Source of the DNA: Azolla caroliniana
Lineage: Eukaryota > Plantae > Polypodiophyta
Assembly (NCBI GenBank): GCA_043228905.1
Contig: JBHGNT010000006.1
Span: forward strand, 4,960,001-5,024,000
Reading direction: 5' to 3'
DNA: 64,000 bases
Below, in pieces: positions 36,200 to 51,799 of the stretch (the stretch's first letter is position 1; the number at the start of each line of letters is the position of its first letter). The notes beneath the pieces were generated by a model. It saw nothing but the letters and a program-made list of their open reading frames with translations. It had not been told where the DNA came from and searched no databases. The position numbers and the translations under genes are program-made.

Positions 36200-39100
36200 T
36201 CAACCACCCTCTTCAGCTATTTTTCTACGTTGTTGATGCTCTGCAACTTTGTAATCAATGACTTCCCTAAAAAGATCAGCATCAAGCACAGATTCTTTGC
36301 TACCATAAACAGCCCCTTGTACACTTGCCATTGTCTTCGCAATCTCTCGTCCAGAGAAACCCTCCATTTTTCTCGCTGCTTCATGGATAACATCATCTGT
36401 AATTCCACTAATCTGAATTGTATCTTGTTTGCCCCATATATGTGACTTCCAATCCTTTTTCTTACCAGCTTGAGCAATATATTTGTCAAGATAGAGCTTC
36501 AAAAGCTTCGCTCGCTCATCTTCCCCTGGTAGGGGAAATTCGAGAACCTCATCTATCCTATCTGCAATAGCTGAATCAAGGTCACTAGGACGATTCGTTG
36601 CCAGTACAAGTACTATATCCCTGGATTGATCACCCGTGCGATACAATAAAGCATTGAGAGCACTTCGTTGAGCTTCACTCATAGTATTGCTGTTGCGCCT
36701 GCACATAGAATTACAATCATTAGTTTCTATGTGATGTAGAGAGGTGCCATGCCAAAACATAGAAATACAATCTTTTACTATCTCTATGAGGAGTGATGGC
36801 ATTCTTATACACAATTATCTTTTGTTTTAGGAACTTACTCGCACAAAAATGCATCAGCCTCATCAATGAAAAGAACCAGTCCCTTTTTTGATTTCACTGC
36901 CCAGTTGAACAATTCGTGAATCTTGGTCACTGCTTGAGAACCTAATGGGGCCACATCACCACCAGTCATAAGTGCATAATCTAGTCCCTGAAAGATAAAA
37001 AAAAGCATTAGATTGCATTTATGCAGAGAAATGACAGAAATTGAGCCCATGAGATGAAAGCAGCATTTTCTTACAGACTGTAAAGATAATTCTTTTGCAG
37101 CCATTGTTTTTCCTGTTCCAGGTGGACCATAAAATAACATGTTACGGAAGGGAGCTTGATGAGCTTTTGTGTTTGCGGTTGCAGCTGCAAGATGTTGGAT
37201 TCTTTTATGAAGAGCAGGGTGAAGAATGACATCGCCAAAACCCTTCCCCTCTCTCATCTGCTGAGTATTTTTTCCTGCAAAGAGAGAACTCATTGCTTTA
37301 TATGATAGCCATCTAGACCAGGGATATTTTCCTCTTGAAGATTCTCTTATCAAAGATGGCTGGCCCAAAATCCGATCAATATAACCCCATACCACACGAG
37401 CACCTTCCCTGAGGAGAATAAGCAGACCAATAAAATGAGGCTTTCAAGTTTTTTAAAGACTTCGTTAGGCTATCCTAACCAGGTATTACAAGTATGCAGC
37501 CTTATATAACTAGTAAATATTGCCATATCTTCAGATGTAATATGCTATTAGTTTGACAAGAAACAAACCTCGTAGTGTAAACTCCTGCAGCAAGAGCAGT
37601 CACACCACCTATTGTTACTACCAGCTTGTCCCGATCTGTGAGAATAGTTCTCAGACCACCTAAAATATAATCCATTCAATAATGAATCAATGTCCAACTT
37701 CGCTATGAAACATTCGGCATATAGATCATGTGACTGCTACAAAAAAATTAAACTTTGCAATAAACAATAAAGATATACAGTTTCAGAGTCACATAAAGAT
37801 TCCAAAACTATCTCTCTCCAGCCTTATATTTCTATGCATTCCGCTGATACATTTATACGCAAGGATATGAAGATGGAGACATGTTATACAAGCATATGCA
37901 ATGCATATAAGGAGACACAAGCGAAGTTACATAAGCATGTACATGAACGTTTATAGATGCTTATATCAGAAGAGTCAATGTATTTGAAGAACATAATGGC
38001 TGATAATAATTACTAGAATGCATTTGTATTTATGTACAAAAAAATGCATGCTGAGTATGAAAAATACCACCAATGTGACCAAATGTAGTGTTGATAGCTG
38101 CTAGCCACTTATCCTTTTCAAGACTAGCACGTTCTATAAGCATTCGTTTGTTGACGTCCTCAGCTAGCTTAGCTTCATGGGCTCGTCCCTCTGCTTCAGC
38201 CATGACTCTTACCCTGACAGTTTCTCTCTCTATCTCCGCTCTCTCCCTTTCTGTTTGGCGCCTTTGAGCTTGGATTTGTTCTTCAGTTTGACGTCGCAAC
38301 TGCTCCTGCCTTGCTGCAGACTCTTCTTGCATTTTAACAAGCTCTCCATTCCGGGACCTTTGTGCTTCATGTTCAGCCTGCATATTTACCAAACTCAGAA
38401 ATAAAATCATGATAATTCAAAAGAATTATATTGAATAGAAATAAAGACCTGCATTCTCTTTCTGGCAAGCTCGTCCTCATATCGAGCCATCTGAGCTTTA
38501 GTCTGTGCTTGTTGCTGCACAAGTTTCTTCTGTTCTTCATATATCAGCTGTTGTTTTTTCTGCAATTAAAGAAAATGATTGATTAGTTACAAAAACAGGC
38601 TCTCCACCCAAAACAAAAGAAATCATTAGAAAACTATAAGTAACAGATGAGTTTTTAGTAGCACAGGTTTATAGAAATGTAAAACACAACTGACCATGAA
38701 CTCAATTCAATCAACCCACATAGGTCAGGCTAAACCGATAAATATCATTGATATAGTAACACATAGTTATGCATACATACAATTTCATACTCAGACTGGA
38801 TTGCTTGAAATTCAGCCTTCTTTGCAGATTCCTCTGCTTGACGAGTCTCCTCTTGTTTACGCATGAGTTCAAAGACCTGATTATACAGTAGGAAACATGT
38901 AAAACGAAATCAGAAACAGATAGAAATGTCACAAGCAACTTATTTGTTTTAGTTCAATTGTTTCATGCTCCTCTATAAGTGCAGCTATTTTAATTTAATT
39001 TCACTGAATTAAAGAAGAAAATACTAAACAAATTCAGAACCTCTTCACATTATATTTCAATATGTATGAATTCCTATTTACATCCTTACACCTGCGCAGT

Positions 39101-40773
39101 TTACAAGACAATTGACCATGTCATGAGACATTTTAGGTTGTCAAAATGCATTTGCGTGTTCATTACATTGACTTATGAGTATAAAAGATCTAAATAATCT
39201 GGGCATCAATCAGCAAGAACTCATTCTGCAATTATATCTTATGGAAATGTTTTACTCTGATGAGATCATATGAAATTCCCATTTTGGAAACAAAAGAGTA
39301 AAGTAGGACAAACATGGCAATATTGATACTTGACCAGATAATCATTTTGCAATACCCGATTAACACTAGCATGAATGACTTCTCTTAACGTCTGGCCACA
39401 GCCCACTCAATCTCCGGTCCAAAATTCAAAACTTTGGTGCCATACTGGCTGTGAGTTGGCCTTTGATGATTCCTAAATCTTAAACAGTGTAAATAATATT
39501 GACAACATAATCTTGAAAAGTGAGACATAATTAGCTAATGTAGTATTGATGCTAACACAAAAACACCCTCTCCATATCTGACATACCACATTGCTTTAGT
39601 CTTACACACCTGTTTCAACCGTTTCCACACAACCCTCTTCAGAGTGCACACAATAATAATGTTCATGGAGAAACTGAGCATTGTCGTACTGCCTTTGTAA
39701 TTGCTAAAGCAGTTTCTTTTGCAATTCTCATGGAGGATCCATGCGATGTAAAGTTGGAATGAAACATTCTCTCTTTCTCAATTTATTAAGGCCTTGTGCC
39801 ACTAGTGTATCCATCATGTCATCAACTCTTATACTTATATTATGCGGGTCTGTGTTTTCCGTAAAGCTTTAGGTTGTATTACTTTGTTTGGCTTGTGTCA
39901 CATACACGTCCAGTATCAAATGATGATTATAACTTTGTTTAATGCTCCATTGCAATTCCTAATAGACGAAGGTCAATAGTATTGCGAATGTTTCAATAGT
40001 TTTGAAAATGTTTCTTTGACTCCCATAGTAGAACATAGCTTATTTCTGATTCCTGAAGAGAATAATAAAATGCTTTTTTATTTTTATCCCGCACTTTTCA
40101 GTGTCCTAGAGGTCTCACAAGTTCGGGATGATAACTACATCATTGGTTCTCCATTAAGGATGCTTTGCAAGCAAAAGTTACAAAAAATTAAAATTTTCTT
40201 CTCAGCATTTTACCAAGTAATTGAATACTTGCAAAAGCTAAAAGCAAGCGAAAACAGACACATATCCTCTTCAAGATATCAAAAAAGAAAAAGCAGCACT
40301 TTTACAGACAAAAGTAATGAAGAAGAAGAACACTCCAAGATCAATCTACGTATCGAACCAAAGGAGCCAATAGCAAGAAAAAAGAACAGGCGTACCTTCT
40401 TCGAGTTACCAGAGCTATTGATTTCCCGGAGAGCCTTGGCACCTCGTTCGAGGGCTTCGGGATCAAATCCGGCTGCGGAGGTGCGAGGGAGATCATTGCG
40501 AACGGCTCTCGTCGGCTCCTCTGACAAAGGAGGAGGAGGAGGAGGAGGAGAAGGAGAAGGAGAGGCGGTGGAAGAAGAGGAAGGAGAAGATGGTGCAGCG
40601 AAGGAGGGAGTAGTGGGGAAGTGGAAGAAGGAGGAGGAGGGAGAAGGGGGGTTCTCTGCGTACGCAGGGCTGCGTAGCGAATAGAAGAAGAGGTAGGAAG
40701 AGGCGCCGAAGGCTACAGCTGAGGCGGCGACATGGCTCCGTCTTCTGCCCGCCGAGAGCAAGCGGCAGAACAT
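36200..40773 (-). CDS. ATAD3: ATPase family AAA domain-containing protein 3 (mitochondrial), ~655 aa
   Basis: Eight phase-consistent exons: 40773-40396, 38876-38781, 38559-38449, 38377-38068, 37659-37569, 37408-37075, 36987-36839, 36698-36200. Motifs FDPEALERGAKALREI, Walker A GPPGTGKT, Walker B FIDEADAFL, LATNRPSDLDSAIADRIDE. Confidence 0.97.
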
Positions 40774-41339
40774 GGTTCCTACTCCTTCCTCCGCCTTCTT
40801 CTGCAGACCTCTGAGGGGCCGCAACAGAACAGAGAAGGAAGGAAGAAGAAGAACACGAAGAAGAAGAAGAAGAAGAAGAAGAAGAGAGGCAGGGGCAGGG
40901 GCAGGGGTAGCCCACCACAATTTCAGAAAACTCCTTCTAACCCTAAAAAACCCCCCATAAACCCTAATTGTTTGTTACATATTTTGTTAATATCTCTATC
41001 CTAGACTTACCTTGGCTCCATCTCGCCCCTGGGCCCTACCCCAACCCCAACCCGGACATATTCACGCACTCGCTCTCTCATGTCCTTCCTACTAGTCCCC
41101 TGACATTGATCGATCGTAACTTCCGAGACTTATAATAGATATCGATACATAGATATACGTATGTATATAGATCAATAGATAGATAGATTTATATAGAGAT
41201 AAATAGATCGATATTATATATCTCCTCCTTGACATCACCACGTTGAACCCGTTCATGACCATTTGTTTTGCGTACGACTGCATATTGCGATCGTGAGAGT
41301 ATATATCATCAATAAGGCCATCGTTCAATCAATTGCCCG

Positions 41340-42280
41340 AGGATAGAGCCAGCTGACCTCTTCCCTTATCGAAGACATTTGCAAACTCTTCATGCTTTTG
41401 TTGGTAACCGGATCTCGAAATTATGTTAGATGCATGAGCGAATGCCATCACCACATGTCATCATCACGAGTATAAACATTTCCTCTTTTAGTAACCTCTA
41501 TAGAGATCTCTTTGAGATTTGATGGGCTCCCAAATCAAGTATAACGTTGAGGCAAGAGACTTCGGAGTGTTTTTTGTGTGACATTTCTTGGCTGCTTAAA
41601 TTTTGGTTGACTCTATCATTTCTCTCTTTCTGTAATCAAACTACAAATTATGAAATTCAAACAAAAGCCATCCTAAAACTAATTGAATCTTAAGTACTCC
41701 TAATAATGTTGAAGGAAATGAAACTTAGCTGATCACCAAGAACCACACAAATAAAGGTCAGATCCTTTGACAATATCTCTTGATGCAAGAAGACATCCGT
41801 CAACTACTTCCACAACAATTGAACTTATAAACTTATTTAAGAGGGTTTTTTGCATCAACGTAAATTGTTTATTCATGAAACAAGATTTGGCTTTTGAATT
41901 TGAGTGATCAGAAGAAAGCACTGAATGATACTTGGATGTACTAAGATCCACATGTACAACAAAAGCTCTACTAACTCGATTCAATGAAATGGAACCAATG
42001 TTGGGAATCGAGTTTTACATATCCTATATTATCTAACCAATTAACTCCAATTTTGACCACACTTACTCATTTACCACATCTTCTACTTAGCTCAACACGT
42101 CAAAACTATTATTGTGAGTCGGGCTACTAAGTCTACTAGCTACCTTACTAAAACTAATTGAATAACTTAAATTAAGATTATCATGGGAGCCTACTTGATG
42201 GGTCAATCTATGTGGAATATTCACCACTATGTGTCACAAACCACCATAAAAAAACACAAATAGTTTGATTTGCCTCGATG
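41340..42280 (-). mobile_element. Old remnant of the Tcn1-like Gypsy family (gag end/protease region)
   Basis: SKAKSCFMNKQF..VEVVDGCLLASRDIVKGSD and HEEFANVFDK match the corresponding parts of the element at 31900-32760. Confidence 0.75.
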
Positions 42281-42972
42281 GACTTTTAATTATAAAAGTA
42301 ATATAGATATATGAATCGATTTTCTATATAATATAGTTATAAAGGGGTTATATATCATACTATAATGTAATTTATAAATGTTTCAGAAGATTCTATCATT
42401 CAAATCATGGACTTAATAGTATTATGTATGCAAGTACTTAGTGTGAGCAAGTGGAGTTTAATGTCGTTCATTTAAACAACACAACCTTTATCGACTTCGC
42501 TCGAGTGGAGTCTTGCTCCCCGTTTCCTAACATTGGTAATGTTGTGCTCCTAATTACGGAATATTCGTCCTAAGTGTTATCACACCCTTTGTATATCATT
42601 CATGCTAACCAACTGCCTTTTTCTACTAAGATTGACTCTTGATGAAACTGTGTCCTTTAACTTTTCTATATTAAGTGTTCTCAATTAAGTTTTGTTAAGT
42701 AACCACACAATATGCACCAAGAAACGTTTAATCAATATTTGTGTTGTATATGCATTCAATGCCAATTACCTATTGTTGACCACCATCATTATATGATTTT
42801 GATACTATGGGCATAGAAGCATAGTCCCTATCATAATGGACCCTAGAGACTAAATGATTGAGAATACCATCGAGAACCACGATAACATTTGGTGACCACG
42901 ATGAGCCACTACCATAACCATAGTGGACAACATCTATGAATGTTGCTCAAATGCCATGAGTCCACTACCAAC

Positions 42973-43551
42973 TGTTGTCTCCCTCTTGGAAAAACACCTT
43001 CGATTACTCGCATGAGTAATCGGGTCAAGGAATTGTGGTCGCATAGGAAATTAAGGTAGGGCTGAGTAGGACCGAATTACACGATAACCGGCTACAACCG
43101 ATTTTGCACCTTTTGCCTTATAGGTTAAATAACAAAATCGAGAATAGGATTTAGAGGAGACGGACACTGAGAGGACCCAATAGTATATCTATTGATTATG
43201 GAATATAAAAAATTACAAAGGGTAATACAGACCGATTATAAATCGGTAACCTCTCTCTTTCGTACATATCTTTTTATCTAACTTAATCACTCTAGCTCAT
43301 AATAAGATATTGTCTTTGTCCCCTTCCTTCCACTCTTTAACAATTTATATAGCCTTTTCTTCTCTTGGTGCGCTTCAACTACTTCCTCCTGATCCTCGGC
43401 CTTTATTCATGGCTGCTTGTATTTCAGTTACCTTTCTTGGCTACCAATGCTCGGATCGTTTCTCCTTTTCATACTTGACCTACTTGTACCCTTTCACCCT
43501 TTACTTTTTAAGATTCTTTCCACACCTTGTGCCTTTGTCCCACGGATAACA
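42973..43551 (-). mobile_element. Solo LTR (family shared with 4908-5527)
   Basis: TGTTGTC...GATAACA termini, perfect TSD CCAAC (42968-42972 and 43552-43556), colinear with the 4908 copy. Confidence 0.9.
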
Positions 43552-46500
43552 CCAACCCAAATCCACGACACTATATGTGTTATTCGACGTGCCATATGCG
43601 GGCTACTGGCCAAAGAGACCTTGCAACTCCTACTTGATTATTGTGAATTTACCCCAAGCCTCGTTGACAATGCCTAGGGATATTGTTTTGCCCGTTTGCC
43701 TTAAAAGCTTTGTTTTGGCTTGACACCACTTTCTCAACAGTTAACCATAACACCAACCCCATTGTGAGCCTCAACACCAAGGATGCTACCATGTGCCCTC
43801 TAAAAACCACCCTTACATTTGCCTCTAGCTAAGTGCATCGGCCCAATATTCATATGGTTATTGAGTTCACCAATGTTAATAGTTCCCTCATGGACACCCC
43901 TAATTTCGGAGTACTACTCTAAAGAAGAAACCATGATGTAAGCCTACCTCAAGTTTTGAGATGAGGGTGTGGCTGACGTGCACCTCAATGCTTTTCACAT
44001 GACCGAGAAGGCCAATCACATCCCCCATTGTCTCACCCCAAGGACACCAATTCCTCACAACTTGCAAAATTTTACTCTCTTGTATGGTAGTCTGGTAGTG
44101 ACAACAATACAAATACTACCATCCCAACTGCATGTTTAAATGTTGTATCTCACTAAAGGAAACCCATTTGTTTTATGTGGCATACCAAGAACACGAAGAG
44201 GGGCTTCCACAAATTGACATCTTATTTGGATGTTGTGTTATCCATGGTATGACCATATGATACTACTTTTCTCTAAACTCTTTACTTAGTTGTTGTGAAT
44301 GTCCCTCAACATCGTTGACTTGCATCAACCTTTGATTGCATTTTGGACATGAACCATGTTGAGATGAGTCACACTTTCAACATGAATGCACTATGTCAAG
44401 CACACTAGACAATGGAAGAAGCATGTTTTTGCAATGTTGTACAAAGTGCCGTTTGCATGAAGGTTGACTAAATTGACAATTGAATGTAAACTTCACATCT
44501 AGCACACTCTTTACCACTTGAGTCAACACAACGTAAAGTTAGTTTGAGTACAAGATCTTGGCAAAGATGACCACAAGCATCCACCAGTTGAAACAAATGT
44601 ATGATGACTACCCCACCCATTATGTTAACAAAGATAAATGACATCCTTGGCAATAATTCTGTGTCCCTTATTGAGGGAACCACGTTACTGCCATGATTTT
44701 AATCACGTGGAGCATAACAAGAGGATCAAGTTGATTGATGGGACAATTATGACTTGAATTACAATGAGTGAATAAACAATTGATGGGAGGATGACAAAAG
44801 AGAGAGCATACATTGCTTTTGCAACAATTGCCGCGAGCTTGAGCTTGAGCACGATCCTCCATGATAGCCATTGCATGCTTAAGGGTCCATCCATTTGACT
44901 AAAGTGCACTATGCTTTGTGCTACACTTAACAACAATAGCAACAATTCGAAGTTCCCACAATTACCTATCGAAGGTAGATGCCACACTAGCACTTTTTAC
45001 AAAGGCAAGGGCTTGACTACGAACTTTATTAATATGTGCATTGTGTGCATCCTCTAGGTCACAACCAAGCAAGAAGGCCAATATTAAAATTGTAAGTGGA
45101 TGCAAATCCTCACGAACATGGAGCAAGCTAGCTTTGGTGTTTGTGACTACAACTCAAACCTTGATCTGACATGTAAATAATTAAGGACCTAGGTATGTAG
45201 TTCTCCTGCAACCCCTCAAACTTGTCATATCAAGTGGTTGCCCAATCTTTTACACTCCAATTGTTGTGTAAATATATCCAATTTTCATCAATCACTATGG
45301 ATATTTGAGGTTGATGTCCTTGGACATCAAATGTAGTGTTAGTGCACCTCAATGTGCTTTATTTGTGCATGGAACAATAAGTTCCTTTCCAATTGCAAAT
45401 TGTTTACCGATTGTTGCAATATTGACAAACCAAATTGTTGACCTTGATCCACAATTATAACTTGCTACTTGTTGTCAAGCACTATTGTTATATGAATCAA
45501 TGCCCTAACCATGCAAACATACTCCATGTTGTAATGGACTCCAGAGATTTGCCTAGCCAACACCACCATTGCTGACCAGAGTAATACTAATCCCCAAGAA
45601 ACCTTGATATCTCTAGTTTTGAGGGTCCAAACCTGGTTAAAAAGCAAGTATTTTTGTTCGCTTATAGACTACCCACTTGTGAGAAGCAATAAAATTTTTG
45701 AAAGAGAAGAAGAGTATCTTGGTTCAAAATTTTAAGGTTCAAAGCCAAAAATTATACTTAATTGTAACAAGAAAATAAACTTAAAGAAATGGAATTTCAT
45801 CGTAGACGAGAAAAACAAGAACTACTTTCCTGCATCTAAGTGGTGGGTAGCACATTCATTTCATCTATGATTTATGTATCATAAAATCCAATATATTTGA
45901 AGCTTTCTGATATTTCTAGTATCCAATTACTACACACAATGTATGCTTTATCCTTAGTTTGAGTTGTGTTTGTGCTTTACTTCTCCATGCTTTATAGGTG
46001 AAAGCAATCTACTCCCAATAGCAAAAGCATTTTAGCAACTCAAAATTACTCATGCTACACATGCTTAAAAATCAAGCATATGTATATATGCTGCATATGC
46101 ATAAAAATCACACACCACCTACATATGCATAAAGATCATTCATCCATACATGCACCACGAGTTGAACATACCAAGAGCTTGAAGGTATGAATGCTTGAAC
46201 AACAAGTAAGTAAAGGAAATAAACTGCTCAAGGAGTGCAAAGAAGGAAAAGAAAAAACATTTAACAATAATAATAATAAAGGTGATAAGAATATGCCCAA
46301 AGATATAGTGTGCAAGATCATTAACTTCACCATCATTGTGACCCATATTCGAAACATGAAAATGAAGCCTTCAAGAACAAATCGTTCCAATTTCCAGTAA
46401 ATATTTTATCTCACATTCCCAGATCTCCAAAGCCCTTGTTCCAAGGAATTCATCGAATTCTCTTACCGTCTTTTTATGTACATATATATTCCATCATGGA

Positions 46501-46865
46501 ACACTTACAGGAGACAGTGGGAAATATTAAACAAATAAAAACACTGCAATGCAGTTAAAGCCTTTGCCTTGAGGTGTATATAGATATATATATAATGCCG
46601 GTTTGTCAACATAACTTACACAAACCATTTGCCACCAATGGAACACTGTACATAGTATTTCTCAACGTATTATCTCCACTTGCACTACAATTGCCGACAA
46701 TGGGATACTGTCATAAACTTCTCCAATCCTAATTAATGCAATGATGGTCAGCATAAAAATCTTGTTGTCATTAGCTCTTTTACAGATTCAAGAATAGTAC
46801 GAAGAGCGCAACAGCACACCTGTTCATTATCATGCAATGCATGTTTTCCATTCCTTCAGAAAACA

Positions 46866-49800
46866 CTAGCGGATAGGATGATATTGTATCGTCGTGCGCT
46901 TTGGAGGAAGCTTGCGGAGGATAAAAAGAACTAGAGCTGATGGTAGAATCTCTGAAATCTGCCAGAACAGAAGCAAAGAAAAAAAACTGTTGATTCTCAG
47001 TATCATCTACAGAATGGCCAATCAGAAAAATTCAGTTAAATCTTTACTCTGAAACTGGACATGGAATACAAGTGAGAGATTTGAGCACAATAGTAAAAGA
47101 AATTAAACTTAGCTGAGTTCAAACCACAAAACCCGCTCCCAAGTTGCAATTGGGCATCATTCACAGTAACAGTTAGAGCATGCACATGTGTTCTGATAAG
47201 AATATGCCACATTCATACTTGAACTTTTCAGTTTTATATCATATCCCTATCACTAATTGCCTTGAGACTTGTTTTTTCCCTCTTAATGGTTGGATAGCTT
47301 TCCATTGCAGAAAATGGTGGACTAGGAAAGTGATTGGAACTCGAAGCTCATTTTGATTCTTAAATGAGTAGAATCTATCAAACTAACTGGTGAATTTATA
47401 GTTTTTATGATTTCAAGTGTTTTAGATCCTTTTTGTTGAAAATTTATGTTCATTACCTCATATCATGTTGAATTCAATGTTGGTAGGCTAAAGGTTGGGA
47501 CATTGCCATTTCTCTTTACCCCAATGCCCCTACAATCTGTACTACAAACATATGTATAGTATGCAGAAGAAAATATAATGTATTGAAAAACGTAGAGTCA
47601 GGAGTGAAGAGCAAAAGACACAAGAAATCGGAAGCACTGATAGATAGCTATGCTGTACTATTACATGATCAAGGCAGACAGAAAAGCACTTTCCCAAGTT
47701 AGATAATGTGCTAAATTTATTACTGGGCACTAACTTGTTTGACCTTAAAATATGCAATAGTAAGATTCAAGCTCTGTTCTGACAGTAGATAGAATAAAGC
47801 CTTAGACTTCATCCTCTTCAATTTTGTATTCAATGTTTAGGAATTCTCTTCTGAGAGTCCTTCCAACTTCTGACATTGATGGCCTAACATCCTCAACTAT
47901 GATCTTATTTCATATGCATGTTTCTTTAAGCATACTTCCATGTCAGATGAATTTGTTTGACTTGTCTTCATTACTTTTTTAAAATATAAAGGCTCATGTG
48001 GTGTGTGTCTGTATTACATATGTATACTTATTTCGACAGGAGGTGAACCAATAGTCCAATTATAGATATGCAGATATCTCTGGTAACAATCTTGTATAGG
48101 AATCATTGAAAATTAACAGTACAATCGTTCTATTCAAGCTCTACATGCCCAAGTAAATAACCAAAGAGAATCCTCCAAAATTGATTGTTTTGGGCATGAT
48201 GACAAATCGTGAAGTCAAATGATATGTAAGGCAGAGACTATCACTCTATCCAGGCTACATGAATGTTACCTAGCCCCAGTGGAGGCCAGGGAGAAGACTC
48301 AAAAAACAGGAGATCACCAGTGCTTTAACAACATTAAATGTGCATGAAAATATGCCTTTTATTCTCGTCCATGAGTGCTATAAGTCAAATGCTGAGCTTA
48401 ATTAGTTCTTGCCTATAGGAAGACCAAAGCTACAATAATATGCTTTACTTACCAAGTAGTAAAGAAGATTTAGGACAGGGTGATTGGACACATCCAAGTC
48501 GACATGTCGATTAAATGCTGAAACTGCAACCTGTAGTATTTTTGCATTAAGTAAAATATTTAGAATATATAAGAAAACAACTCAATATAAGTGTGCTAGC
48601 CTTACCACAACAGTTCGGATGATAAAACATGTAAAGCATATAGCTGTTATCAATCCTATCTGTCCAGAACCACCACCAACACATTTCAATACTAATATTT
48701 TAATTTAATAACATTAAAACCCAATGCTATCTCCATTAGGACTCATTCTCTAGCTGTGGGTGTACCTCTTGAAGCTTGTTCTGCCTGCCTTTTGACTCCA
48801 AAGGAAATCTCCTAAGCATAAAAAATAACCTGTACCCAGCCATCCAATACAATTTGTTCAAAATTGCGAAAATAAACATTAGTACTCAAGAGAAGAAATG
48901 GCAGAGAGTTCTCCACTACCTTCCTCCATATAAAGCAAATCCAAGAGCTGCAATGCAGGATACAGCTGTACAAATTTTATAAAATTTACATTAGTTGATG
49001 TTTGGACACTTGTCTAAGGTTTATATACACTGAAGCCCAGAATAGTTCAATCAATTATAACATGAATGTCGGGACAAATGTGCTCTTTTAGAAGTAAATG
49101 CATCACATATCAGACTCTTATCTAGCCCTAATGTATCACATATTGGGAATAATAATAATAAGAAAAAAATTCGAGAATTTAAGAAGTTAGAATTACCCAG
49201 AACACAGCTTGTACAAGTCACAAGTCACAAATAAAATCTGAGTTAAGAGGCCTGGTTAGAAAATGAATACAAAACCCTGGCTGGCTACACTGTGGGGAAC
49301 AAAACAACCTGAGATAAGGGCCTAGCTAGAAACATAGGTCAGGGTGCATTGCACCGTTTCCATATGGATCTTATAGAGAAAACCTCAAGACACCAACTTC
49401 ATAATGTTCAACATTCAGTAGTTAAGGTTTCTGCTGCTAAAATGCCTATTTCAAATTTCATTGAGGGATTACAGTACCGCCATGCGCTATCCTAATTCAG
49501 GGTGGACTTTAGAAAGAAACTTTGGAAAACCAAGGTCATGGTGATTGTTGCCACATAGATAGAGATGACATCTGATACCACATAAACAAGTATATCATGC
49601 TGAACTCGTATCCCTGTGCATTTTGATGAGGTCATCAGTTCATTTTAGCCGAGGGCATATTGGTATGTTTCTCTTGTTCAATTACAATGTTTATGTTGCT
49701 CTGTTGTTGTTTGTAGCATACGGGCCACAGAAACACACATCCTCTCCTGAGATCTGAGAGACCACGAATGTGTTAGAATATAGCAATACCAAAACTCTAG

Positions 49801-51799
49801 TGTTCAATATTTTGAGTTTTCAAAGTGCATGTACATTATGATTCACAAGAGACTCAATGATACTTTCAAATTCCAAACGTTTAGCAATTGGCAAGATAAA
49901 CACAACTTACCTGCAAAAAACATTCTAATAACAGTTTGAGTTGCAGTATTATGTTTCAGCCATTCAAATAACCAGATTATGATCTGAAGATTGAAAAAAC
50001 ATAAGCCACAGAACATAGCTGAATTGAAATTGACTTCAAATTTTGACACTCGTATGGCAATGTTAGTGAAAAAGTCTCACCTGTAGTACATAGATTATAC
50101 CATTAATTATAAGAAATCCAGGCCGAAGCTGATCAGTTTGCATGCTCCTTGCCTGCAATCCGTTCTTCATAATTGTTAACAAACATTCTCAATGTCACTT
50201 AATAACAACAAGAGTTTTTAATTTTACTTTTAGGCAAACCTGGTTATATATCTCTGCCCAGAACAAAACAAGCAGACTATATGTGGAGAAAAAAAGTAGT
50301 CCAGGAAGATCCAATAGAATAACCTTGAGGATCTACCCATATGCAAAAAATGTGAGCTCATGATGAGTCCTCTAGATAAATACGCTCAAAAGAAAACATA
50401 CTTAATTAATTACTTGCCTGAATATGAAAAGAGAAGACACTTTTATAGAAACCGAAAATGAGTGCGCGAGCTGTAAGAGGAGATTCTCATGCTAACGGTT
50501 TAACAAATAGAAACCATATGAGTGAAGCATAAACTCAGAAACACCTGAGCTTTTCTTTATTTCCCCAAATTCCCCTAGCTTACAATCTTTCCACAAAATG
50601 ACAATGCTCAAACCCCTGAAAGGGAAAGAATTGACCATATAGTTTGCTGAAAAACACATGCATTGACAAACACACTGCAATCATGTAATTACTCATATAG
50701 CACAGATAATTGCTCTTTTGGCGGTTGACCATGGGCATTTGGTGAAATAGCTAATTTTTGACATTTGGGAAAATAAAGAAATATTCAGTAGTGTTGCAGA
50801 GTTTCTCCCTATAAGTAATGTCCATACCAGCATTGACTACGAAATTCATGAGATGGAACACCTTTTGTGTAGTCCATCCATACTCTGGTACACGTGCCTC
50901 AATTCGCAGCAATTGTATCTGGTGGAAACATTAGATTATGGCATCTTTATCAAATACAAAAAATAAAGAAAATGTAGAAGATGTTACGGTTAAATCAGCC
51001 TAATTAATTTACAAAATCCAACTAACACGTTCATATATTCTAGCAAATTCATTTACAGAAGAATTTGCATTTTGTTTCACGGAAGTAATCATATTGATAC
51101 AAATTTCAACTAATTCATTTACAAATTAATATAATAAACAAATTGTGAATCCATGCATCTTGATGCACTTATAACAGATGTATTCGTTTGAGTAAGAAAT
51201 CCAAATTTCGTTCAAAAGAATATATAGACACACATGCATCCATGCATGCATAGTACATAGAACATAGATATATACATAGACAAACACACATAATACATCG
51301 AGACATAAATAAATTTACAGAAACACGTAGTAGATACATAAAAATATATTTACAGACAGAGACATACATAGGTACATATATACACAGACATACGTATATA
51401 AATAACTTAACCCCCTGGTTGAGCATAAAACGCAAATTTTTTTCTTGACAACAGAGCATTGATACACACACACACACACACACAAAAAGATACGTTGGAG
51501 CGAGTCTAGATAAAATATATTAAATTGAACCTTCTGTTGAGCATGTGATTATGAGTTCAATTTATGGTAGATTTATAATAGGAGAAGCATTAAGCAACAT
51601 ACAACATTACCAGTGCAAAGACGGCCACGACAGAGTATGCTGCACAGAGAGCATAGAAGACACCATCCTGCCATGTGCTGGATTCGCTGGCAAACCAATT
51701 CTTCACAACATTCATCATCTGAGCAGGAGGGGAATTCTGAAGCTCATCTGGGTCCTGCAGAGAATCAACGCGAAGGGTGGCTCTACACCGATTAGACAT
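46866..51799 (-). CDS. TOM1: Tobamovirus multiplication 1 (TOM1/THH1/TOM3 family) membrane protein, ~301 aa
   Basis: Eleven phase-consistent exons: 51799-51611, 50918-50828, 50470-50418, 50332-50240, 50152-50081, 49983-49911, 48965-48920, 48829-48766, 48659-48606, 48530-48453, 46958-46866. Motifs [61 protein letters not shown]. The start could instead be a later Met, and the paralog identity is not resolved. Confidence 0.95.

Noticed and set aside
40016-41004. Plus-strand 222-aa and shorter ORFs
   Set aside because: Antisense to ATAD3 exon 1 and its GAA/GGA-repeat 5'UTR.
43700-45450. Possible hAT-transposase remnant (FVLCGIP-like and TRWS-like peptides)
   Set aside because: Too decayed; no TIR or TSD found; needs a profile search.
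49570-49580. TCTGATACCA (iMet PBS-like) in a TOM1 intron
   Set aside because: No adjacent LTR terminus or retroelement sequence; likely chance.
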